Source: Monocercomonoides exilis PA203 (taxonomy: Eukaryota > Protista > Preaxostyla). Taken from it: a DNA stretch of 64,000 nt. The stretch spans positions 992,001 to 1,056,000 of the forward strand of contig LSRY02000020.1 of assembly GCA_001643675.2 (NCBI GenBank), read 5' to 3'. The position numbers and the translations under genes are program-made. The notes under the pieces are model-generated. The model was not told the origin of the DNA and did not search any database. It was given only the letters and a program-made list of their open reading frames with translations. Shown piece after piece: positions 27,661 through 39,595 of the stretch (the first letter of the stretch is position 1; each line of letters starts with the position of its first letter).

Positions 27661-28427
27661 ATGGGGATTTCAAATACTACTGTTACAAAACGATTGGATT
27701 TATCATATAACAGTGTAGGCTATTGGTACAGTATTTGTCGTGAAGCATGGGCGAATTTTTTTATCGAGCATCCAATCATTTTAGGGGGACCTGGGACCGT
27801 TGTGGAAATCGATGAAGCAATTTTAAGGAGGAAAAAGGGCAAAAGAAGTAGCTCAAAACGGAAGCAATGGGTTATTGGAGTTGTTGAGAGGAAAACAGAT
27901 GGAACAGTTCAGAAAAAAATGATTTGGATTGAAAAATCGAAAAAAAGAAAGCACTTGCAACCTATAATTCTAGCTTATATTTTTCAAAGATCAATAATTA
28001 TGTGTGATGAGTGGGCTCCCTATAAAGTTTTTGACCGGATTAAGATTATGAACACAAAATTGTTTTAAATCAAAGAAACTTCAGAGATCCCATTACAGGG
28101 GCTAGCACTAATACCGTCGAAGGCATGTGGCACCATATGAGATCATTTTTTCCTAAATCAGGATTTCGCCATAAGTTTCTTCAAGATTATCTATCAACTT
28201 TCATCGTTAAAAGTGTTTTTAAAGTTGATTTTATTCAATTAGTCGGAATGATTTATCAATTTGAGCCTCTGAAAATACAAGAAGAAGATGCCACCGAAGA
28301 TATCACATCAGATGTTGAGGATTTTGACGATTTAATTGAAAATGCAAATTCATCAAGTGGAGAAACTGACAGTGACAGTTTCGGTGCTGGCGATGGCTCT
28401 TCAGCTTCAAGTTACACGAATAATTGA
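27661..28427 (+). mobile_element. Merlin/ISXO2-like transposase pseudogene
   Basis: LGGPGTVVEIDEA, WVIGVVER, IMCDEWAPY and FRDPITGASTNTVEGMW, then an acidic tail. Frameshift at ~28040. Confidence 0.92.
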
Positions 28428-28590
28428 AAAATATATAATTTTCAATTTATTTTTTTTTCTCAATTCAAACATGTTTCACAATCATTTTTTTCGACAAATA
28501 ATCATTCAATGAACAAAATAAAATAGTCATTGGAAGTTGCTTATTCAATAAAAAAAGTCGGTCCCAATTCCTAACATTTTTTAAAACACA

Positions 28591-29480
28591 TCATCCGAAT
28601 GTTACAAATAAGTTTCTTTTCAAACAAATTCTGAATAACATATCTTTTTCTTGTTGAAACAAAAATGAATCAATAAAATTATCGATGAACTTTTCTTTGA
28701 TTCCACAAGGAGGCAATGATCTTCTGAAATGAGACCAACAACCTTCTATCAAATAAGTGCATTCTCCTGTTTCTGTGTTTTTGAATTCGTATTTATGGCA
28801 AACTGTCAAATGTTTGAATCCATATTCATTCAAATACTTATACGCACCCCACTCATCACTGAAAATCGTTGTTCATTTCTGAATGCTGGCTTCAATGATG
28901 GGTTTCGAAGCATCCTTTTTTTTATTTGAAACACTGACAATAAAACATTCCACAACTTCATCATTTTCTTTTCTTTCTTCGAATCCAAAAAGCCAAATTC
29001 GTCACTTCTTTTTCCCTTTGTGGAACTTTCTTTTTCTCAGAATTGCCTCATCCATTTCCACAATACATACTTCTCCTCCAAGAATAAACCTCACACTCGA
29101 CATTCGAATTCCGATTGATGCTCGAGCAACAGAATACCAATAACCGACTGTATTTCGACCAACTCTGGTCAAATATGAGCACTGATCAATTCGAAAATTT
29201 TGCTTGAAATGCAAAAAAACAAGAAATATTTTATTGATTTAAAGATGAATTCGATAAAAAGCTGTCTCCTTCAAATATGAAACGAATTTGTTGCATGTTG
29301 AACATCTCCATTATCGATTTGTTTCATCGACTGTTGATAATTTCATATATCTTCTACTAGATGGGTATTTTTTCGTTACATTGAAGTTGATAATATGAAT
29401 GAACCACTCCCAACTTTTTTCCAAATCCTGAAAAAGCTCGTTATAATCAGCAACATCTGATTTCTTATCAGGAACAAGAG
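28591..29480 (-). mobile_element. Merlin/ISXO2-like transposase pseudogene
   Basis: LGGEVCIVEMDEA, HLTVCHKYEF and TYLIEGCW. Core is near-identical to 60670-61500. Confidence 0.9.
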
Positions 29481-30402
29481 ACATGAATTAAAATTTTGTT
29501 GTTGAATAATTGTGGTAATTAATTTGTTATAAAAACATATTTTAACCAAATATTCAAGTTTAACGTTCAAGTATTATTTCCCAAAATTCACCATTTGGGA
29601 GATTTTTTCCAAAATCATATTTTTTCATTCAAAATCTCTGTTCAAAAATTAATCTTGAATGTTAACAAATGAGCATTGAAAAGAAAAAAGACTTATTGAA
29701 TGCATTTTTATTTTTGATTCGGAAAAATCGTATATTTTGATAAACAATTATCGAACTTTTTCTCTTTCGAATAATAATTTTCTTTCAAAAAATGTGCACC
29801 CCAAAAAAAGTTATGATATCAAAAAAAAAAAACACCAAATAATCAATCAAATTTCTTCATTTTCTTCCTCTTTTAATTCTTTCAAACTTTTCTTTTATTC
29901 TTTTTTTCAATTCGTTTAAAAATCTCCTCTCACACACAACTCACAAAGGTCAGTGCGTTTTTTCGCTTTTTTAAAGTTTCTGTTATTTTGCAGTGAGAAA
30001 AATTAAACATTTTTATTTCAACTTCATTCTTCATCTCAGAATATAATTCTTTTTTTGTTTTCTCTATTATTCTTTTTTCTGAGAAGGAGAATATATTTTC
30101 TTTGAAAATTATTGATATTTCTTATTTTATTCTTTATTATTATTATCACCTTTATAATTTTCTTCGATGTTTTTATTATTTATTTTTTCACTTTATAATT
30201 TTGCTTTCAAAACACCTATTCTTTTTTTTTTTCTGAAAAGATTATAATTTCCATTGGATTTTTATAGTTGCAATGTCATTTCTAATAATATAAGTGAGGA
30301 ACCCACAAAAAAAAGAAGAACGATGAGAAGAACAAGAAGGGATGATAATGAAAAACTAAATGAATAATTTTTTTCCTCTGAAAATTTTCCATTTTCAATA
30401 AG

Positions 30403-31470
30403 TTAAAAATCAAAATTTGAAATACGAAAAACTGAATGGTTCATAGTCAGAGGTTTTTTTTTTCCCTCTGAAGCTAATCCTGACGATTCTTCGTCACTCG
30501 ATTCTTCATGAAAAATATCATCTATATAAGGAATATCAGCATAGTCATCATCCTTGACAGGTTCTGGTTCAGGTGCATGGTGTTCCACAGGTTAACAATT
30601 AGAAATGTGCATCAAAATATCAGAAAATTCATAATCTTTCGATGATTCCACCATTTGCATTGCTAAATGATCGGGAATTAGTGATTTCCTTACTCCATAA
30701 GGGGGAAAAGATTTTCTGAGAGTGCCCCACAATCCCTCAATTGTATTGGTGCAGGCTCCACTTTCAGGATCCACAAAATGTCGTTTGTGACACACCGTTT
30801 TGTGCACGTTATTGTGAAGATTCAAAGTGGAATAGGCCTTCCATTCGACAGATATGATTGTTGTTCCAGTGTGTATTCTTTCTGGTATAATTGAAAGCAA
30901 AGTCTCTTTACGACGATTGGGTACAATCATCACGAATCTTGGACCAGCTCCTCCTCCTTCCAATTTCTCTACACCACCAAAAATCCAAATCTGTTCTTTT
31001 CACTATCCCCTCTTGAACTTTCTCCTACTCCAAATAGCCTCAAAAATTTCGAATGTCTTTCCCTCCCCTCCGATTTGGACTTGGTTCTCAATCCAAACAT
31101 TCATGCGCACAACTTTAGCCACACTCCCCAAAAATCCAATTGTCTTTCCGTTTATTCCTATGAATCTTGAAATACGCTTTATGGAAATTCCCTTCTAATA
31201 CCATAAAAGAATCCTCATTGTTTTCCCAAATCCTATTTTATTTTGTGAAAAGACTGTTCCATAGAAAACTGATTTTTCATAAATGCATTTGGAACTATAC
31301 CAATATTTAAGGAACTTCTCTCCCTTTTAAACTTTCATATATCTTCGGCACTTGAGATACTGCATATTTCTCCCACACAATATGTTCATGAAAAATCACC
31401 TCCATGTTGCATCTTCATCGTAGATTAGATCATCAATCTCATCCGCTTTTGTGATATCAAAAATGTGCAC
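30403..31470 (-). mobile_element. Merlin/ISXO2-like transposase pseudogene
   Basis: EGGGAGPRFVMIVPNRRKETLL, SVEWKAY and HKTVCHKRHFVDPESGACTNTIEGLW. Related to the 13494 copy. Confidence 0.9.
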
Positions 31471-31608
31471 AGCCAAAAAATAAAAATTAAATGTTTAATA
31501 AGCCATAAATATGGGGATTTAATCTTTTTCATCAAACGCTGTTTCATTTGAAAATGAGTCTCCAACAACTGTCTTTCAAATATTATTACATCATTAATTA
31601 TTATATGT

Positions 31609-31850
31609 GGGTGATTCTTTTTGAAAAGTCGTTAATGTTTAATTTTCAAATAAATCAAAATTTTTATATTTTTTAACTCAAAATTTTGTTTGCATACACC
31701 AAACATCATTAATATGGAACTGATTACTTAATAATGTTATTTCATGAATACTAAAGAAGATTCGTGAACAGTTACAGAAATTTGAGCATTATATGAAAAT
31801 ATAATTGATTAGAAAATTTAACATTTTCGACTTTTCAAAAGGAATTACCC
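31609..31850. mobile_element. MITE family A copy
   Basis: gggtgattctttttgaaaagtcg...cgacttttcaaaaggaattaccc with flanks ATGT/ATAT. Confidence 0.85.
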
Positions 31851-31970
31851 ATATACGTTATAATGCTGTTATATAATCATATGATTACTCACAAATGATA
31901 AACTTTTATTAAAAATTCAATAAATTAGTTATTATGATGATAAAAAAGTTAAAAAATAAGTTGAAAAATT

Positions 31971-33000
31971 TTGAAGAAAAGGGAGATTCCTTTTAATTTT
32001 TCAATGTTTCATAACGAAAAAATTTGCTGGGATTGGTTTTGGTTACAAATTATATCGGACAAAAAGATGGAGTGCGAGAAGTGCGGATCAATAATGTATT
32101 TTACTAAGGATTCTGTTCAGGAAAGAATTTTTCTGTGTTCTCATTGCAAATCCAAAAAAACTGCATATGAAGATGCATATATGAAAGATTAAAAATTAGG
32201 ATTTTCTAAAGGATTTCTTTTGCTGCTCTTCACATTTGTGGGATAAATAATAAACATATTTGCATTCTGCTAAATGTTAATAAAGATTCAGTTTCATATA
32301 ACATGCATTTATAACGACATGTTGGAGAAACAAACCTGTGTCAAAATTTTGAACAGTTGGGAAAAGATGGACAGATCGTTGAAATCAATGAAATGCTGCT
32401 CAGACGAAGAAAATATCACCATGGAAGGAGAAAAAAGCAAATTTGGTTTTTCAGCGTTAAAGAAATGAAAACATGTGGATGTTAAGGAAATTCCATTATT
32501 ATTGGAGTTAAGAACAGATAAAAGGGACAATTATAACCATCAATTATTAAAAACGTAACACCAAAATCTCCCATTTATTCAGACAAATGGAAGGCTAACG
32601 CAACATTAAAATCGTTGGGGTTCGATCGTCACACCGAATGACATTAATACAGATACAAAACTGGAAAAGTGTGTGTACAAATTCTATTGAAGCTGTAAGG
32701 AGTGAATTACGGAAATATCTCCCTTCGCGTGGAATTCAAAATAGATATATAGACGATATAATTGCAGAATTTATATAAACAAAAAGAAAATCAACGGAAT
32801 TTTCTGAATTTGCGAAGGGCATGTTTTTTTATAATGAAGTGGAAAATAAAAAAATTGGAACTCCGATCGAATTTAGAGACTTAGAATCTAAAGAATCTGA
32901 CGGAGATAATGATTCTTCTTTTAACAGAAACAGATGAAATATCATATGACAAATCTTCTGATAGCGATCATATTGATGTGATAAACAAGAGGAGCAGACC
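31971..33000 (+). mobile_element. Merlin/ISXO2-like transposase pseudogene, heavily decayed
   Basis: CEKC...CSHC Zn ribbon, GKDGQIVEINE, IYSDKWKA and TNSIEA, then an acidic tail. Confidence 0.8.
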
Positions 33001-33604
33001 CTGAATAGTTTTTAATTTCTGCTTTTTTTACGTTAAAACCACATCGTCACTTTTCAATATCACAAAACGATTCTTGCAGAAATGATTATAAATATTTAAT
33101 AGAAGTAAAATTTACAAAACATTAAGATTATTGTGAGTTGATCTTATCGTCTTTTGGAAAATAAAGATTGATTGTTAAAAAAATCTTTTTGCATTATATC
33201 TCGGTCATCATTAAATGAATTTTTTTTCTTATTTTAAAGATTTTCCAAAAAATATTTTTTCAAACGAATATTTTTTGTAATAAATTTAAAAATAAGTTCA
33301 ACATGAAACTTTTCTTTCACAAAAAAAAGTCAAACCCAAGTGATAAAAACTTAATATTCAAAAATACGTTTGAAGCACTTTGAAAATAATAAAGATAAAA
33401 GAAGGAAACTTTCTTTTCTTTCTTAATTTTTTCATTATTAACAATTTGATTTATTTTGATTTTTCGACATATCAATTCAATGTTTCCATTGTGCTCTTTT
33501 CTCTGTAAACTAAAAAATACTTTAATTTTTTTTCTTCCATTGATATTCAATTTTATTATGATTTTGTTGTAATAATTGACATTATTAACATTTTTTCTTA
33601 TTTC

Positions 33605-34633
33605 TTTTTTTCTTTTCTTTTCTTTTCTTTTCTTTTTTGCTTTTCAATCTCTAAATGATTAAAAGAAATACATTTCTTCTCTTATTATCCATCATCTTTA
33701 CATAAATCATATGCCTGAATATTTAAATTTATTAGCCAAACTGCAATTTCGATATCATACTTTGCATCATCCAAGCCGTTTTAGTTCCTGTTAACACGTT
33801 TATTCCACTGCCACTTCATTCTTCCGAAAAAGCATTCAACAGGAATCCGTTTCTTTGTTTGTCTTTCATTAATTGCTATTTCTTCTATCGTTTGAGCATT
33901 TTTAATTGGTGTGATTACATCAATTCCTTCAACAGCACCTTGATATCCTCTGTCTGCCATAACTTTCCAATGTTTAATTCCTTCGTCCAATCCATATTTA
34001 TCTCTTTCGTATTCTGATATTTGTAAATATTCTTTCAACGGCTTCAAGTCTCGTTCAAACAATGAGAAATCATGGATGTGACCCTCAACAACTTCTGAAG
34101 CAAACAATGCTTCAAAAGGATGGCTTGTTGCAACTGAAAGCTGTTTAATAATCCATAAACTTTATGATGCCTATCCCAGAGCAACTTCTGATTTTCAAAA
34201 CTGCTAGCTGGCTTGTCTGTTCTTATAGACGTTGCGTCCACTTGTAGTGCAACCGTTCCAAAAGATTCATCTGTATCTGTATATTTTGGTCTTCTTTTCT
34301 CAATGTTCATTTTTCTCAAAATTTTCAACAGGAGTGGACGTATTTGGATTATTGCATCAGAAATAATGTGGTTGCTTTTGTTGGATCAAATCCCAATTCT
34401 TGTTTGTGCAGTTCCAGAAAACAGCCATTTTAGGTTATAAAGCATTTTGTCAGTTAGCGATGAAGAACCTTTTGTTTCTTTTTTCGGAGTCTGGATTTTT
34501 TCGTTTTCAAGTTCGCAAATTATGCTGAGTATTTGTTTTTCAGTTAATTTTTATTTATCAAAAGATTTTTTGTTTGAACAAATAATCAAATAGCTTTCTT
34601 TCGGACTAGGAATTTGAAAACTTCATAATTTCT
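33605..34633 (-). mobile_element. PIF/Harbinger-like transposase pseudogene, copy 2 (inverted near-duplicate of 11719-12740)
   Basis: ORFs 34044-34328 and 12023-12307 translate identically and share the same frameshift. Confidence 0.88.
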
Positions 34634-34802
34634 GTATTCAATATATTTTGTAAACAATATCAAAGCTTGTTAAAACTATTCGGAAAATATAATCAAATTT
34701 ATTGTTTTTTTCATCCAATTATGTAAAAAAAATACCAGTCAAAAAACATTTTGAAAATAATGAGAATTATTTGCATATTGAAAATCGAAAACCTTTGCAT
34801 AT

Positions 34803-35043
34803 GGGTGATTCTTTTTGAAAAGTCGCAAATGTTTTTATTATCATATTAATCAAAAATCTAACGATTTGCTCAAATTTCTGTTTTAGCTTACAAATCTCTC
34901 TGAGAATGTTGGAAATTGTTTTATCAAGTTTAAGATTCCATTTAAGTGAAGTTTGATATTAGTTAACAGAAATTTGAGTAAATTATGAAAATTTAATTTT
35001 ATTTGAAAATAAAACATTTGTGACTTTTCAAAAAGAATTACCC
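34803..35043. mobile_element. MITE family A copy, TSD ATAT
   Basis: ATAT|gggtgattctttttgaaaagtc...gacttttcaaaaagaattaccc|ATAT. Confidence 0.92.
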
Positions 35044-36110
35044 ATATGTTTAAAGATGGTTTGACAAATAAAATGGAAAAATGATTTTGAATTTCAATTT
35101 TATCAAATAAATTTATATATTCACATTGCGAAAGACAATCATAAAGAACAAACGATGGGTCGAGATAACTTGAAAACAGATATGAAAACTATGCAAAGAA
35201 GGAGATTGAATATTGAATTGTGCTGAGTTTCCGTGTGAACTTAAATAAGTTTCTTTCTTTATAAATTAACAAAAAATATAGAATAAAAAAAAAATGAAAT
35301 TAAATAAAAATAAAAATAAAAATAAAAATTTTTGAATATGCAATATATAAAGGACATGTTCGTTTGATTTTCTTCTGAGGATATTAATCACAAATTTCAA
35401 TTTAAACAACTTTATTCAAATTTGTTTCTATTTGGTTTTTAATCAACATTTGTTTTTAAATCTCCTAATCAATTACTTTGTGTTCTTTAATAAAGAAACT
35501 TCGTTATCTCCCTCTTAATTTGTTCACCTCAAAAAATCGCTTTTTTTTTTTTTTTTAAATATTTCAAGCATTTCAATTGTTTCTATATTGATTGATAACA
35601 AAATGAATGTGTGAGTTATTCTTTTTGAAAGAAATCAAAGTTAAATATCATGGAAGAATTGAAATGTTTTTTTTAAAATTTTTTTTGTCGTTATCCTATA
35701 AATATCTCAAAATGTTCATATTTTCGTTTCAAATAAGTTTTACGTATTCCAATTTTCAAAAGTGTGCAGTTTGTTGAATTTGTTGTAAAAAAATATAAAA
35801 TTGGATTCAATTTTTTTTAACACAAATATAAAACCAAAAAATTTTTCAAAATAAAAATTTTACAAATAAAACATAAAAATGAATGAAACAGTACTTGAAA
35901 ATGAAAACATTTATAAAACGTTATATTCACTGCTGACGTTCAACTTTAACAACGAAATAATCTTTATAAATTTGTTTATATTTTATATTTTATGTAACTC
36001 CTTCAAAATTCTGAAAGCCACAAAGAAAATTTTGCTCATCCCTCCCAGTATCTCCTTACGCTGTTCAATTCGAAAAAGGAAGATTTGTGAAAAATGAGTC
36101 GAGCGTTGTA

Positions 36111-36152
<42 letters not shown>

Positions 36153-36199
36153 TAAAAATGTTGAACAGATGAAAAGTTTTACGAAAGCATCTATTTTTT

Positions 36200-38226
36200 A
36201 AGCAGAAAACTGTTGAAAAAAGAAAAAGCCAAAATCTGGAAAATTGCATCGAAACAGAAAACGTGCTGTAAGAAGAATTAAAAGAGAAAAGAAGAAAAAA
36301 TATGTGGAAAGAATGAAAAAATTTTGAAAGAAGAACATGAGAAAGTGAATGATAAAGAAGAAGAAGAAGAAGAAGAAGAAAACGATGAAGATGAAAACGA
36401 AGACGAAAAAAATGAGGAAGAAAATGCTGAAATAATTAGTAATTATTCCTATGATAGAAATTTTGACGAAGACAAAGAAGATTGACTGATTCAGAAATTT
36501 CAAAATCAATTCCTATAAATTCAACAATGGACGAAGCAAAAACAATGGAATTGGATGATTATCACACGAAATAAATATTTTGCCATAGTAAACTGGAAGA
36601 AAAAGAAAAGACCCAAGAAAAATTGGAAAAGAATACGAGGAAAACATAAACAAAATATTTCGAACCTTTGTTCAGTACTCCGAAGAAAACTTCGACATTG
36701 CGAAGTCAGCTGTTCATTAATTCCAAAAGAATGAGAATGATCTGAAAAAATCAAATACTGATGTCAAAGATAGTGAATTTCAAATGAAATGTGAAACAAA
36801 ATACAAAATGATTAGCAATGCAGAGTTATCATGGAGCTGATGACAAACTATTATATCCAATGCAGAGGCCAACAACCCCAACGTGGGATCCAGCCCTCAA
36901 CCCTTCAGATTCTGTACCAAATTCTCCATCTAGATTGCAGCGCACCTTGTCATCAAAAAGGACAGAAGATTTTCTTCCTTATATGGAAGTTAGAATTCCG
37001 TTTTCCAATGACACATGGATAACACATCGATTGGTATATTGGATGAATGCGCAATTTTGCAAAGCAACAGACAACAACACTTGGCCATTGGAACCAAAAA
37101 CTGTTTATGAGTTTTTGAAGGTTTTGGGAATTGCATCAAAATGTTCGGTTTCAACAATTGAAAATGGAATAGTCTGATCATTGTGTGCAATTTCGTGGAG
37201 GAAAGCAAACATTAACATTACTACAGAAGTGAGACTGAAAGTTTTTGAGACTCAAAGAGATATTAAGAAAGAAAGAAATAGCTGGAAAGATGAAGAAACA
37301 ATAATTGAAAATGAGCAAGAAAAGGAGAAGAAATGGGGAAAAATACGGACTTTCAAGCTTTTTTTGCACAAAGCATTGCATAATTGCGTCTCTCATAACA
37401 TTATATAACTTTATCAGATTTTGAAATAAAATTGATTTTAATATCCGTAAACAGGAATCGCAGAAATCAAAACAATTCGTTTTCCAACATTTCATGAATG
37501 TCAAAAAATGGACCTATTTGTTTCAAATTTTTTGATCTCAAAAAGTCAATGAAAAGTGCATAATTTTTCAATGAAAATGCCTGATGCAAATTATTTTGCC
37601 CCAAATGGCAAAACAATCTGTTGCTGGTTAAATATCTGGAAAGAATATTAGAATGCATGCCTGATTGGTTCATGGATAAACCTAGGAAGGCATCCCTCTT
37701 TCTGTTTGCCCTATCAACTGGCTCAAGAGGACATTCATGCTCGCACATAAAGCTGAAACACATTGTCAGAGTATTTTCCAAAAAGGAATCAACATTCGTT
37801 ATGGTAACGATAAATGTTGAAACTGGAAAAGGTGTTAAGTGAGATGATCATTGCATGTCCATGGAAGGAGATATCTCCAAAAAGCATACGCTCAATGTGG
37901 TTTGGTGGTTGGAACAGTACTTGGTGGAGGAATACGGGCTATCGTTGACAAAGTTAGAAGAGTGGGATTTATGAGAATTACTCATGCAGTGTCTGCGGTG
38001 TGTAAGAAAAGGTTCAATAAAATAAAGTTGGCAAGAAAGAGATATGCAAGATGGCTATTCCAGTGGAAGATATAACTTTTGTTCCCTGAAATCAGAACTT
38101 ATGAATACAGTCTTGTTTCAAACTAATATTCAAAAAATTCGTAAAAAACTGCCTTCAAAACAATCATTTTTTTTTGTACATAAAGCAAGAAAGAATCAAA
38201 AACACGATCTTTTTAAAAAAAGATAA
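36200..38226 (+). pseudogene. Stand-alone tyrosine recombinase gene YR-1 (Crypton-like), decayed and MITE-interrupted
   Basis: Acidic N-terminus, then FCK....TWPLEPKTVYEFL, LERILECMP..KASLFLFALSTGSRGHSC (catalytic R box) and YNFCSLKS (decayed HSLR box). Start is approximate. Confidence 0.75.
37335..37602 (+). mobile_element. MITE family B copy (268 bp), TSD AAAT
   Basis: AAAT|ggggaaaaatacggac...tattttgcccc|AAAT. Removal restores the YR-1 frame. Confidence 0.92.
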
Positions 38227-39397
38227 CTTTTCAATCGATATAAATGTTAAACAGTTTAAGTTTGTCTTTCTCTGAAATGAAGAATGAATCAACGAATGAA
38301 AATGATATTTCATTCTTTTGTTTTAACAAAATCATTTTATGGTCGAAGCCAGATGAATCCAAGATCAACTTTTTTATTCATATTTTTTTTTATATTTGTG
38401 CTATTCTCGATAAACTATTGATTCACCATTTTTCATTATTCACATCAACAATTCGTTTTTTCCAAAACTTTTAATGTCAAATTGAAAAATGTGTGTATGT
38501 TAATATCTGTCTTTGGTTTTTGATGATTATCATTTGAAAATCAAAAAAAATTTTTTTAGTGAAATAAGTTGAAAAAAATTATTTTTTAATATTCCCTATT
38601 TTTTCTGAAGACTTCCATTTATTTTGTTGTCAATTAAAGAAAAAATTTCATATTTTCTTCAATATTTTGTTTACACTAATAAAACTTTTCTGAAATGGAA
38701 ACAAAACCAAAACAGTGCTATTATTTCCCTATAAGAAAAGCTTTGAAAGTGTTTGCAGAAATTTAAAAATAATATGAAATTTTAATTATATTTGAAAATT
38801 ATACAAAAGTTGGTTTTAAAAAAAAAAAAAAAAAAAAAAAACATTTTTTATGTTTCAAAACACATTTTTTTATCAACGTCCAGACAATTCATATTTTTTT
38901 ATTGTGATTATTTAAAAAAAAACACATATTTTTGTCAGTGTTACACATTATAAGCATTTTTGTTATTTCCGAAAAGAAACTTAAAACATATTTTATGAAT
39001 TCCACATTTTTCTAAAAGAAATTTAACTCTTTAACAACTGGAATTTTGTTATATTGATTTTGCGCTTCAAATAATTCCTTTTGAATTTGATGCAATAACG
39101 AATGAAATCGTGAAGACTTTGAACTCATTCAATCTAGGAAATCAGTTGTCTTTTTTTTGCTTTTTGTGGAGCCTACACTTCCAAAATAAAAGTTAATGAG
39201 TTGGATTAGAGGTCGACATTAAAAAACATCTCTTCAGAAGGAAATGCTTATTGATCGTTGCAACTGTCAGATTGAGCACAAAAAAGAATAAAAAGAATAA
39301 TTGAATAGAAAAAGAATAAAGGAAATATGAAAAAGCCAAAAGGGCTTCCTTGTTTCAGGAAACTCTGTGAAAGCAATTCAAGCCTCAAAAAAATGGT

Positions 39398-39430
<33 letters not shown>

Positions 39431-39595
39431 GAGTCAGGTTGAATGAAATTCAAAAAATTTTTCAATTCATTTAACATTTATAATATGCAGTTTATTCCTA
39501 TAATTTTCGAATTGTCAAAAAGTATTATTTGATTTTTTTTTTGTCTATGAAAAATGATCAAAAAATATGCAATAAAAGTTTAACGCTTTCAAAAC